From NCBI RefSeq assembly GCF_006345805.1, contig NC_042998.1, forward strand, positions 101,618,001 through 101,682,000: DNA of 64,000 nt, read 5' to 3'. The stretch comes from Octopus sinensis (lineage: Eukaryota). The notes beneath the pieces were generated by a model, which was given only the letters and a program-made list of their open reading frames with translations, was not told the DNA's origin and made no database searches. A program made the position numbers and the translations under genes. Each line of letters starts with the position of its first letter. Position 1 is the stretch's first letter. Of this stretch, positions 27,589 to 38,045 are shown one piece after another.

Positions 27589-28445
27589 TTGGCTCCAGAA
27601 AACAACACTATACGGAAAATTAAACAATAGTTGTTGCAGTACCTTCCTGGAAGTCCTCATATCTATAAGTCAGTTGATAGAATCCCAGATCCAGTAGAGA
27701 TGGTAAATTATCCAAAATAATTCCTCAATTCATTGGAGCCTCCAGAACTACCTTCCCACAAATTGGAACTGAAAGTGGGAACTCCAGTAATGTTATTGAG
27801 GTATTTGGATGCACCGACACTGGTGCAATGGTACACGCCTGGTGATAAAGAAAATGATGCCACGTATTATTGAGGCCACCATTATCTCAGAATGCGAAAA
27901 AGGAGATGATGTTTTCAAACCCAGAATTCTTCTCATTCCAGTAGGAGCAGAAATTCCTTTTTCATTGAGAAGAGAGCAATTTCCTATTCGTATCAGCTTC
28001 GCAATATCTAGCAATAAATCCCAGGGTCAAACAATGTCTTATTTCTTCATTTCCCACAAGGTGCTAAACATAGAGGAGACAAGCAAGGATAGACAAAGGG
28101 ATTAAGTCGATTACATTGAGCCCAGTGCGTAACTGGTACTTAATCTATCGACCCCGAAAGGATGAAAGGCAAAGTCGACCGCGGCGGAATTTGAACTCAG
28201 AACGTAACGGCAGACGGAATACTGCTAAGCATTTCGCCCAGTGCCCTAACGTTTCTGCCAGCTCGCTGCCTTCATACAATGCGACATACAAAGGGTCAAA
28301 CAATGTCTGAGGTAGAACTTCTCTTGGAAGAGTTATCCTTCTCACACAATTGATTAAATGTTGGCAGCTCCAGAAGCAAAAAAATCTATTTGTCTTTGTT
28401 CTACAAGGGAAAACAAAGAATATTGTTTACTAAGAGGTTTTGTAG
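27589..28445 (+). pseudogene. Helitron PIF1-like helicase C-terminal remnant, interrupted by a SINE
   Basis: LAPEN..LLQYLPG..YKSVD..YPK*FLNSLEPPELPSHKLELKVGTPVMLLR..CNGTRLVIKKMMPRIIEATII..PRILLIP..RREQFPIRISFAISSNKSQGQTMS, resuming after the SINE with SFSH-QL and KTKNIVY*EVL*. Confidence 0.9.
28040..28291 (-). mobile_element. SINE family A inserted into the Helitron helicase with a 17-bp TSD
   Basis: Family A core and head. The exact direct repeat agggtcaaacaatgtct is at 28023-28039 and 28292-28308. Confidence 0.9.
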
Positions 28446-29142
28446 GAGTTACTACATCCTACGATGCGCTCCGGTATCTACTACACTTTGTGAATGGTGA
28501 AGATGGAGAGCATTTCGGCATAATAACAACAAACGTGAAGACTGCACCAACAAAGAAGTTTCCTGCATGGACTTCAATATCATAGCATTTACTCTAATTA
28601 CTCACACCAACCGCGCGTTAGACCATTACGCCTTACTTTTTCAAGTAATTCATTATTACATATTGTCATGTGACTGCATAGGCTCAGTTTATGTTTCTCA
28701 GTCTAGAGTCACACCAGCAATCCAATGACAACATTTTGCCTTCTGCGACATTTCAACAGTTCACTTCTCCGTTGCCCTCTCCCATTGCAGCCCTTTTCCG
28801 GAGCGTACCCACTTACATACAATATTTCCATTACAACTACATTCATTCGATTTTCAATCATACGATGGATCGTATTAGACGCAGCGCCGACCTTCGCAAA
28901 GCAGAGTATGTCCACTGACAGCTTTTCAGTGCGTTCGAAAAAGTCACACACACCCCCACCCCAATTTTCCATGACCTGAAATCCTCCAAACGGACGCACG
29001 ACATGTCTCTTAGTCGACGTATCCCATCAATTACTCCATAAATGTTTTGTCGTCAATGCTGCACTTCCATATAACATGTTTCAACATAACTCTTATGTAT
29101 ATATATATATATATATACACACACACAAATGATGTCGTTTCA

Positions 29143-29174
29143 ATCCCGCGCAATGCCGGGTATCTCTGCTTCAG
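29143..29174 (+). mobile_element. Degenerate Helitron 3' terminus, probably belonging to the 27.6-kb remnant
   Basis: cccgcgcaatgccggg hairpin followed by tatctctgcttcag, similar to the clean terminus at 54445-54474. Confidence 0.5.
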
Positions 29175-29450
29175 TTTAAAATGTTCACCACAGACGTGTA
29201 TACAAACGAAGCATTTTCGTCAATAAGAACGTATACACTTTACGTTGACGTGGCTTTATGTATGTATGCATGTATGTATGTATGTATGTATGTATGTATG
29301 TATGTATGTATGTATGTATGTATGTATGTATGTATGTATGTATGTATGAATGTATGTATGTATGAATGTATGTATGCATGTATGTATCTATCTATCATAC
29401 ATACACACATATATACAATGTGTGTGTCTCTATATATAAATATATATGTA

Positions 29451-29503
<53 letters not shown>

Positions 29504-29578
29504 CAATATGTGACCGCGTGTGTATCGTTGGCAATTTTTTTCTTCGTCTTCCCTTCCTTGGACCTTTCCTTTTTCTAT

Positions 29579-29613
29579 GTTTCTGACGAAGAGCTCCACT
29601 CGAAACGTTAAAT
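29579..29613 (+). ncRNA. Minimal type I hammerhead ribozyme motif with intact core
   Basis: GUUU-CUGACGA-A-GAG(CUCCA)CUC-GAAAC-GUU-AAAU. Stem I is 4 bp and stem II is 3 bp. The palindromic AACGUU in place of stem III is typical of PLE-type dimeric hammerheads. Confidence 0.65.
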
Positions 29614-29710
29614 CCTCCTTCTTCTGGTCCTTTCCTGCGCGTCCAATAACACTATACGTATTCCACGTCCTCGCGTTGTTGTGTTTTCTCTTTGTTCATG
29701 TTTAGATTAA

Positions 29711-30363
29711 GGAAAATGGAAATTAATTAAAATCTACATTTCCAGTGGCCCAACGTGTAAAAATTAGTCCAAAGACCATGTGTTAGTCATAAAATACAGT
29801 GTACATTTAAATACATGTGGAATCCACTCGTGCGATTCAACACGCTAGAAAGAACAGCCAGGTTCTCTAACCACAAATTTAGCTATAAAATTCGACAGGA
29901 ACATAATGAAAAAATAAAAACATTTTGCCATCTAGTTTCCTGGACCAATTGGTTTCTGATTTTAGTTTAGCAAATAAATGAATAACATATACTCGCTAGG
30001 TGAAATCGTCTTCAGTAGGAACACCTAGGGTTAAACGTATAAACACGATGCGATCAAATTATGTGCCTGTTGTTTATACATCCTAATCTTTTCAAAATCT
30101 ACTGCGCAGCCGCAGCCCTTCGCCAGCAATAAAAAAATGCCAACTTTTAAAAATCGAAAATTATCCAAAAACTTAAAATACTTAATCATACCAAAGGGAA
30201 ATGGAAATTAATTAAAATTTTCATTTCTAGTGGTCTAACGTGTAAAAATGTAATCCAAAGACTATGTATTAGTCATAACATACAGTGGTTATAGAACCTA
30301 GCTGTTCTTTCTAGCGTATTGAATTCCACGAGTGGATTCCTCTTGTGTTTAAATGTACACTGT
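29711..30363. repeat. Local duplication (A-B ... A-B') with an internal 70-bp inversion
   Basis: 29711-29801 matches 30197-30287 directly. 29802-29871 is the reverse complement of 30288-30357. The inverted piece is bounded by acagtg/cactgt in copy 2. Confidence 0.8.
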
Positions 30364-30430
30364 GCTGATAGTGCTTCGCCCGGTCTTCTATGTCTAGGCT
30401 CAAATGCAATCAAAGAAGTTGCAATCCCTC

Positions 30431-30501
30431 GTCCGTTGGTTTTTTTTTTTTTTGGTCGTTATACCGAATACAGTTTCTAAAAAAAAAAAAAACGAACGGA
30501 C
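30431..30501. repeat. Short inverted repeat (poly-T/poly-A hairpin)
   Basis: gtccgttgg(t)n ... (a)n cgaacggac. Confidence 0.55.
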
Positions 30502-31616
30502 TTTTCGGCTACCCAATAATTTGTATAATTACTGGTAATGACATTTAAACATTGACATGAGTAAAATTTTGGGGGAGCAATACGTTAAGATGCTTAAATT
30601 CATTTCAACTACAAAGTAATTCATCTCAGAGTCAACAACAAATATCTTTGTCGCCAAATATTTATTTGTTATCTTGGATACAAAGTAGAAAATAATTTTC
30701 TACAATCTGTTCCGGATGGAACTGAAAACCTCCGTTGATTAATGACAATTATCTTGAGTACTGACCTTCTGTTACTAAGGACACAAAATAGCAAATAATC
30801 CGCTGCAAACCGACTTGGATAAGGTCGAAACACTTCGTTGATTATCAAAGTCCTAGAACTGTAAAGAAAATACAATTCCTTGGTATAGTCTTTTACTGTC
30901 TCAGAATAAACCAAATACCACTAAATCCATTATCATTACAAAAATAACTACTAGACACCGTTGGCATTAAAAAAAGAATACTCTTTTCTCACCTATCTTA
31001 CTGAAGGTTCCACTACACTTGAAACTGATTTTTCATAAACTAAAAGCTTCAGTGTCCTTTACAGTGTGATAAATCTATTAGTTTCTTTAGAAATATTTCA
31101 CTCACTGAAAATATCTCCCACAATTGATTAGGAATTTATTGCAATCACAGGAAATGCCATGGAATAGAAAATATTCTATTTACTCGAGGCCAATGTACAA
31201 ATCAATTTTACTAAAATTATTAGTAAAGTTTTCCATAACTCATTAATCAATGAAACAATCTTATTTGTATTTTCTCACAAATGTACATGAAAAAATGGAA
31301 TATAAGACTATTCATAGACGCATCGTATCGCTGACATGTGAAATCAAACACATACTTGCCAAACAGAAATCAGCTGATAATAATCTCAATAGATACGCCT
31401 CTGTAACATCTCACTGAATTGCAGGTTTCCATAAGTCTTTTTGCGTAATCCGGCAGCCACTCGATTATGTTAATAATTTTAATAATTTTATTTGTAAGAT
31501 GTTAAGGCATAAACTGCAATTTTACATCCTCTTAAAGCCAAGTCAAAGCAATCACAATTTCAAATAACGTCTATATCAGCATGCCTCATGCCACTATATC
31601 ATTATAATTATAAGCT

Positions 31617-31828
31617 AGGCGGCGATCTGGCCGAATCGTTAGCACGCCGGGCAAAATGCTTGGTGGCATTTCGCTGTTATTATGTTAGGAATACAAATTC
31701 CCTTCGTGGTCGACTTTGTCTTTCATCCTTTCGGTCTCTACAAAATAAGTACCAGTTAAGCGTTGAGGTCGATCTGTTCGACTTAGATCCTCCCCATGGA
31801 CTTTCTTGCCTGTGCCAAAAGTTAAAAT
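31617..31828 (+). mobile_element. SINE family A, diverged monomer
   Basis: ggcggcgatctggccgaatcgttagcacgccgggcaaaatgc..gtcgactttgtctttcatcctttcgg..aaataagtaccagtt. Confidence 0.8.
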
Positions 31829-32186
31829 AGTTATTAAAGGTATAGATGGATACTCAAGGTTATATTTTCAGTTTCTGTATTGATACATGAGAGCTCGTAC
31901 AATAATTTGCTGTTTTTTAAAGGGATAGTCCCCGTTTCGATTCCCATCATAAATCCAGTCACACAGAGAGTCCCAATTTATGCATCTATACTTTTGCATC
32001 GGTTTTTGGAACAACGATATTGTTAAAATGAGCATATTTCCATACTTTCCTATCGAAAATAGTCACGTAGAAATGTCTAAATGACACTGTATGGTGTTTT
32101 TACTCTTCACTCAAGACCATTTATACAATAACGATCGAATGATGCTTAGGTGGGGAATCATTCAAGCGAGATGGACCCTCCATTTG

Positions 32187-32237
<51 letters not shown>

Positions 32238-32924
32238 AAGTGAGCTGATGGAGATCTTGTACTGGAACGAAAACAATTACTGCGTGGAAGGTGTTTATAA
32301 GCCATTTAAGAAACACACAAAAACCGTTAGATTCACTTCAAAATTTAAATTTGATTCGCCAAAATATTTTTGTCGCTTTGATACAGCGACCTGTTCCCTG
32401 ACAAAATTCCGTGCTGCATCCGAGAAAGTACCACTTAGTTTATGACATACATGTACGTATGTATGTGTATGTATGTATGTGTGTATGGAAGTATGTATAT
32501 ATGTATGTATGCATGTATGTATGTTTGTATGTTTGTATGTGTGTATGTATGAATGTATGTATGTATGTATGTATGTATGTCTGTATGTATGCATGTGTGT
32601 GTGCATGTATGTGTGTATGCATATGTTAACATGCGTATGCATGCGTGCATGCCTATGCATTTTGGTTTTCTTGTCCATTTTCATTTAATATACGTGCTGA
32701 CGCGGGAACCTTCTATGCATTTCTCAGCTGTGAATTGGAACCTAACGGAAGATCAATTATAGTACTTGCACAGCGTACCTATTGGTTTAGATCATCAGTG
32801 AACTTAGCCCTCATATTTTATACATACACACACACACACACACATTCACAGACACACACACGCACACACACGCATACACACACACACACACACACATATA
32901 TATGTTCTTTTTCTTTTACACGTT

Positions 32925-33276
32925 TAAGTAATTTGACTGTGGCCACTTTGGAGGACCGCCTTAAAAGCATGTAGATGAAGAAATTGACTCCAGGATTTAT
33001 TCCATGTAAGCCTAGTACTTATACTATCGGTATCTTTTACCGAACCGATAGTTTACGGGAACATAATCACGCCAACATCGGTTGTCAAGCGACGGCAGAA
33101 GGACAAACACAGAGACAAAATCACACGCACATCAATATATACGACAGTCTTCTTTCCGTTTCCGTCTATGAAATCCACTCAAAAGGCTTTGGTCGGCTCA
33201 AAAGTGCCATACAGTGGGACTGATCCCGGAACCATGTGGTTTGGAAGCAAGCTTGTTACCACACAGCCACGCCTGC
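32925..33276 (-). mobile_element. tRNA-derived SINE family C
   Basis: The - strand head is gcaggcgtggctgtgtggtaacaagcttgcttccaaaccacatggttccgggatcagtcccactg. The body matches 35449-35869. Confidence 0.8.
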
Positions 33277-34169
33277 ACATACACACACACGCACACACTC
33301 ACACACATTCACACACTCACGCTCACACACTCACACACACACACATGTATAACAGAATCACGTATGCGTGTGTGGACACGTGTGTGTTTGTGTTTCTGCA
33401 TTAATGCCTCAGCTATTATTAGCTTCTGTTCTTCAAACTGTCACTAATGCTTTAATGAATTTTTTGAAGCACTTTAAATGCAACTAATCACTCAAAATAA
33501 AAATATTATACTGACATATTCTCAAACACCTGGTTTTTGCATTTTCCGTTCACATAGCAGTCAATCACCCCCTTATTGCTTGTGTTTTGTATGAATTGTT
33601 TGAATTATTTTAACATATTTCTTTTTTTTTTATTAATCGATATATTTAAATAAGGATCACTACGAAACTCTGCAAGATGCTGATTTGATAGAAGTAGACT
33701 AGCAGAAGACAAATCGATTTCATTCCGTATCTTGTCATTGGTATAATCTTCAGTGTGAAAGCGAAAACGCTCAAAATAGGTTAGCTCGTTCTCGCAAATT
33801 GTCAACAGGCCCCATGTCTGATTACTGCTTAAAGAATTGGGAGTGTTTATGAAATTCTCATTAACAGCATGTCTAAGTGAAAATATTCTATAATTGAAAA
33901 TAGCTCCGCAAGATCTTTTTGATTACTAATCAAAAAATAAGATATTACTGCCGCAACAGCTATGCAGCGTCAGTTTTAAGTATCCACAATCTTAATATTG
34001 TCATCCATAGGCTATGTATTTGTCCATTTGTATATTTGTTATATTGAGAAAGAATAGGCAGCGATCCACCTCTTTATTCGACTCCAACTTACAGCATACT
34101 AAAACATGGAAGGTATACTTTTAACCGACAAACTTCCCTGAGGTATAGCATAATAAATCTGAACCAGAA

Positions 34170-34575
34170 AGGCGGCGGGCTGGCAGAATCGTTTGCACGC
34201 CGGGCGAAATGCTTAGCGGTATTTCGTCTGCAGTTACGTTCTGAGTTCAATTTCTGCCGAGGTCGACTTTGCCTTTCATCATTTCGTGGTCGATAAATTA
34301 AGCACCAGTTACGCACTGGGGTCGATGTAATTGACTTAATCCGTTTGTCTGTCCCTGTTTATCCTCTCTGTGTTTAGCCCCTTGTGGGTAGTAAAGAAAT
34401 AGGTATTTCGTCTCTCTTTATGTTCAGAGTTCAAATTCTGCCGAACTCGACTTTGCCTTTCATACTTTCGGGGCCGATAACTTAAGTACTAGTTGCGTAA
34501 TAGGTTCAATCTAATCGACTAGCCCCCTCCCTTCCAAATTTCGGGCCTTTTTGCCAAGAGTAGAAAATAATATAC
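34170..34575 (+). mobile_element. Dimeric SINE family A with an 11-bp TSD
   Basis: Two family A cores joined by ccccttgtgggtagtaaagaaataggtatttcgtct. Flanked by ctgaaccagaa at 34159-34169 and 34576-34586. Confidence 0.9.
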
Positions 34576-35034
34576 CTGAACCAGAAGTTCAAATTGCTAG
34601 ATCCCTTTAATGATTTAATCTCTCTTGTGTTTTCCAGATATTTGTTGAACGATGAGGAATGTTGTATGTTAGAACCATATATTGTCATTCGTATAATCAC
34701 TCGACGTAGGCTTGATCATTCTCGAATATTGTTAACAGGCACCGTACATAATTACTACTGAAAGTATTAAAGGTGTTGTATTTATGAAATTTGAATTAAC
34801 CAGATGTTTAAGAGAGAATATTCTGTAAGTGTAAATAGTTCAAGAACTGTGGTGCAAGTTAGTGCCACGGAAAGAGGTGTAATGCGTTACACAGCTAAAT
34901 ATATCGATCTGATTGGTTACGGGCCACTTCTTTGTATCATACATACATACATGTGTATATACATGTTTCGATGGCGCTTGGACGAAGATGCAAAGGGTAG
35001 GTTCTAGCATTTTAAAATTTATTATACTCGAAAT

Positions 35035-35383
35035 ATTATGCCGATGAAGAAAATGAATTTTTATAATTCTCATCCAGAAACGCGTCCATAATTAATCGTA
35101 AACTGATTGATTTCCTCATTTGTTTCTTCTTTTTGCGTATGTGAACTTCAAATACTGTTGTTTGTGGACTCATATTGTGTACTTAAAAGAATTAGCTGTC
35201 TTTGGCTGCTATTTCTAAATTTTCGGTATGTGGTGAAGCAACTAGTTGCTAAACCCTAAATTATATTTATAATTATATAAAAAAAACTTTTTGTATAAGA
35301 TTTTACCGATAATGTTTTTTTCCATACCGAAACTACTTGGTAAAATTTATTTATAAATTATTAAATTAATAATTCTTTACCCT
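35035..35383 (+). mobile_element. PLE terminal-repeat-like element starting with a type I hammerhead motif (35035-35092)
   Basis: ATTATG-CCGATGA-stem II-GAAAC-GC-GTC-CATAAT, with a perfect 6-bp stem I, palindromic ACGCGT and a U4-to-C change. Followed by ttggctgctatttctaa..cggtatgtgg..ccctaa..ttaccct, as at 6118-6468. Confidence 0.6.
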
Positions 35384-35392
35384 ATATCAGTA

Positions 35393-35448
<56 letters not shown>

Positions 35449-35627
35449 CAGACCACATGGTTCTTGGTTCAGCCCCACCTCGAGGCACCTGGGATGTATC
35501 TTCCACTATAACCTCGTGCCGACTAAATCCTTGTGAGTGTATTTGATAGTCGGAAACTGAAATGAACCCATCGTATATGTATATATATATATACATACAT
35601 ATATATATATATGTGTGTGTGTGTGTT

Positions 35628-35673
<46 letters not shown>

Positions 35674-35869
35674 TGTCTGTGTTTATCTCTCCCACCGCAT
35701 GACAACCAATGTTGTTGTGTTTACGTCCTTGTAACTTAGCAGTTCGGCATAAGAGACCGACTGAATGAGTACTAGGCTTACAAAAAAAGGTCCTGCGGTC
35801 GATTTGTACGACTAAAGGCGATGCTCCAGCATGATCGCAGTCAAATGACTGAAACCAATAAACGAATAT
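35449..35869 (+). mobile_element. SINE family C, 5'-truncated, with an internal (TG)n tract
   Basis: accacatggttcttggttcagccccac..gccgactaaatccttgtgagtg..gcatgatcgcagtcaaatgactgaaacc. Confidence 0.8.
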
Positions 35870-35879
35870 ACATATATAG

Positions 35880-35937
<58 letters not shown>

Positions 35938-36024
35938 TTGAAATGTATAGAAAACAAAAGACGAAGACAGATGTATGAACAACAAGAGGTGTATTAGTTT
36001 GGTGTTCGAGACAATAAAAAAAGG

Positions 36025-36060
36025 CTTTTACGTTTCGAGCCTACGCTCTTCAACAGAAAG
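36025..36060 (-). ncRNA. Hammerhead-like motif, sister of 29579, core mutated (CUGUUGA)
   Basis: The - strand reads CUUU-CUGUUGA-A-GAG(CGUAGG)CUC-GAAAC-GUA-AAAG. Stems are intact, but the A6-to-U change probably inactivates it. Confidence 0.5.
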
Positions 36061-37032
36061 GAATAAGAAAAATAAACAGAGAGAGAATGAAAAAAAAAAC
36101 TTGTAGATTTATCGATCAAGCATGGCGAATATATATACAATCATTAGATTTGAAAAATATAAACTCAAGCGTATAATCAATAATGGTTAAGTCTCGAATT
36201 GCTGAAAATTGAATTGTATTCTTTGATGTAAAGCAGCACTGGATATGGGCATAATCATGTAACACTTTCTACTATACATACAAGGTCTGAAGTTTTGTGG
36301 GAGGAGGCTATTCGATAACATACATTCGGTATTCAACTAATATATTCAACTAATATATATTTATCCACCCGGAAAGGATGGAAAACAATGACAGTCCTTG
36401 GGGGTTTGGAACTTAGAACGTAAAAACGGACATGGGCTTAAATAATTAATATCAACTTTTGAAACCAGGTGAGCTTGGCGAGCAGAACTAAGAAAAAAGG
36501 CCTTCAAAAGGCAATAGTTTCATCTTTATTTCAAGTTCTGTTATTTAGAACTATATCATAAAATACGCCATTCGATATGTTAAGAGAATTAAGTGTGCCA
36601 TGAGACAAGTCTGTCTGTTGATTAGAGGATGGCGAGCAACCTCATATAAACTGCTTATCTGATTGTTGGTTACATTATAATTGTTTAATAAATAAACCGG
36701 CATTTATGTATAAAATGCTCTGATAAGCCAACGAGAAATCGTTTACAGAGTCATTTGACCGGAAATAACAACTATATGTTTGATTTGGCATTATACTCTA
36801 AGGACATGTGTGACATTGTAATTTCTACATTATTTATAGTTGATGGATATTAGTCCTCTTCTTGTTTGTTTTTAACACAACGTTTCGGCTGATATACCCT
36901 CCAGCCTTCATCTGGTGTCTTGGGGAAATTTCCTACCTGAGTTCTCATTCGTAAGGTATTTTTTCGATGTTGTTGTTGTTGTTGTTATTATTATTATTAT
37001 TATTATTATCATTATTATTACTATTATTAATA

Positions 37033-37182
37033 AGGTCTCTGACTGGAATCGAACTCGGAATCTTGGAGTTAGTAGCTTGCAACTTTAACCACTACGCCAT
37101 ATGGCCACGGGCATATGGCGTAGTGGTTAAAGACGCGAGTTACTAACCCTAAGAATCCAAATCCGATTCCAGGCAGTGCCCT
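37033..37182. promoter_or_regulatory. Divergent pair of tRNA-like Pol III internal promoters (not functional tRNA genes)
   Basis: A box TGGCGTAGTGG occurs on both strands (+ copy at 37116-37126). The B box is a perfect GTTCGATTCC on - (37045-37054) and a degenerate ATCCGATTCC on + (37161-37170). The acceptor and anticodon stems pair poorly. Confidence 0.65.
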
Positions 37183-37202
37183 TAATAATAATAATAATAA
37201 TA

Positions 37203-37248
<46 letters not shown>

Positions 37249-37267
37249 TATAATAATAATAATTATA

Positions 37268-37670
37268 AGGCGAAAGAATTTGACAAGATTAGTAAATATA
37301 AAGACCTGCTAATGGAAATTGAAAAAATGTGGCATCTCAAGACGACTACAGTACCAGTGATTGTAGGATCTCTAGGAATGATAAAAAAAGGTACTGAAAC
37401 CTATTTGAAAATGATTCCAGGCTTACCATCCCTACAGGAAGTGCAAAAAATCGTATTAACTGGAACGGCTCATGTACTGACTGAGAAGAGCACTATCGTT
37501 GTGAAAATAACATCAATCCATGAATTTATTTATTAATTTTTAAATACATATTTTATCTGTGAATTTGCGCGTGTAATCTGGGAATGCATACAATGATCTT
37601 CTCTGCCCTAGGTGTATGGAAAACACTCGGCGAGAAGCGGAAGAAAATTTGATGAAAGAAAGAAAAAACA
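37268..37670 (+). mobile_element. 5'-truncated R4/Dong-like (RLE-type) non-LTR retrotransposon inserted in (TAA)n
   Basis: KEFDKISKYKDLLMEIEKMWHLKTTTVPVIVGSLGMIKKGT..LQEVQKIVLTGTAHVL is the typical C-terminus after the restriction-like endonuclease core (KxxKY.DL...W...PVIVG.LG). It is followed by a 3' UTR and flanked by TAA repeats on both sides. Confidence 0.8.
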
Positions 37671-38013
37671 TAATAATAATAATAATAATAATAATGACAT
37701 CGAAAAATACCTTAGGAATAAGAACTCAGGTTTGAAATTTCCCCAAGACACCAGATGAAGTCTGGAGGGTATATCAGCCGAAACGTTGTGTTAACAACAA
37801 ACAAGATGAGGAGAAATATCCGTCAAATATAAATAATGTATATAATGTAAATAATGTACATAATTCTTCATCTCTTAAATATAGAACTGTAATTGTAATC
37901 TCTGATGTACAAATAAACAGAATGATCACATTTGATATACAAATAAATGTGGTGATCATAAGGTTCCCCTGAACCTGAACACCCAAGAGAAGCTCATCAT
38001 CATAATCACCACC

Positions 38014-38045
<32 letters not shown>

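Larger units (their letters stand above)
36826..37892. mobile_element. Palindromic element: two head-to-head tRNA-like units, each followed by (TAA)n and a hammerhead-bearing tail
   Basis: The symmetry centre is at 37107-37108. The inner arms (about 37033-37106 / 37109-37182) are tRNA-like, and the outer arms (about 36826-36970 / 37697-37840) are near reverse complements. Hammerhead-like motifs lie at 36874-36919 (-) and 37747-37792 (+). Confidence 0.85.

Noticed and set aside
37033-37182. Possible tRNA genes (also SINE heads at 4688, 47716, 61320)
   Set aside because: A and B boxes are present, but the acceptor and anticodon stems do not close properly and the heads run into repeat bodies. 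They are treated as tRNA-derived.
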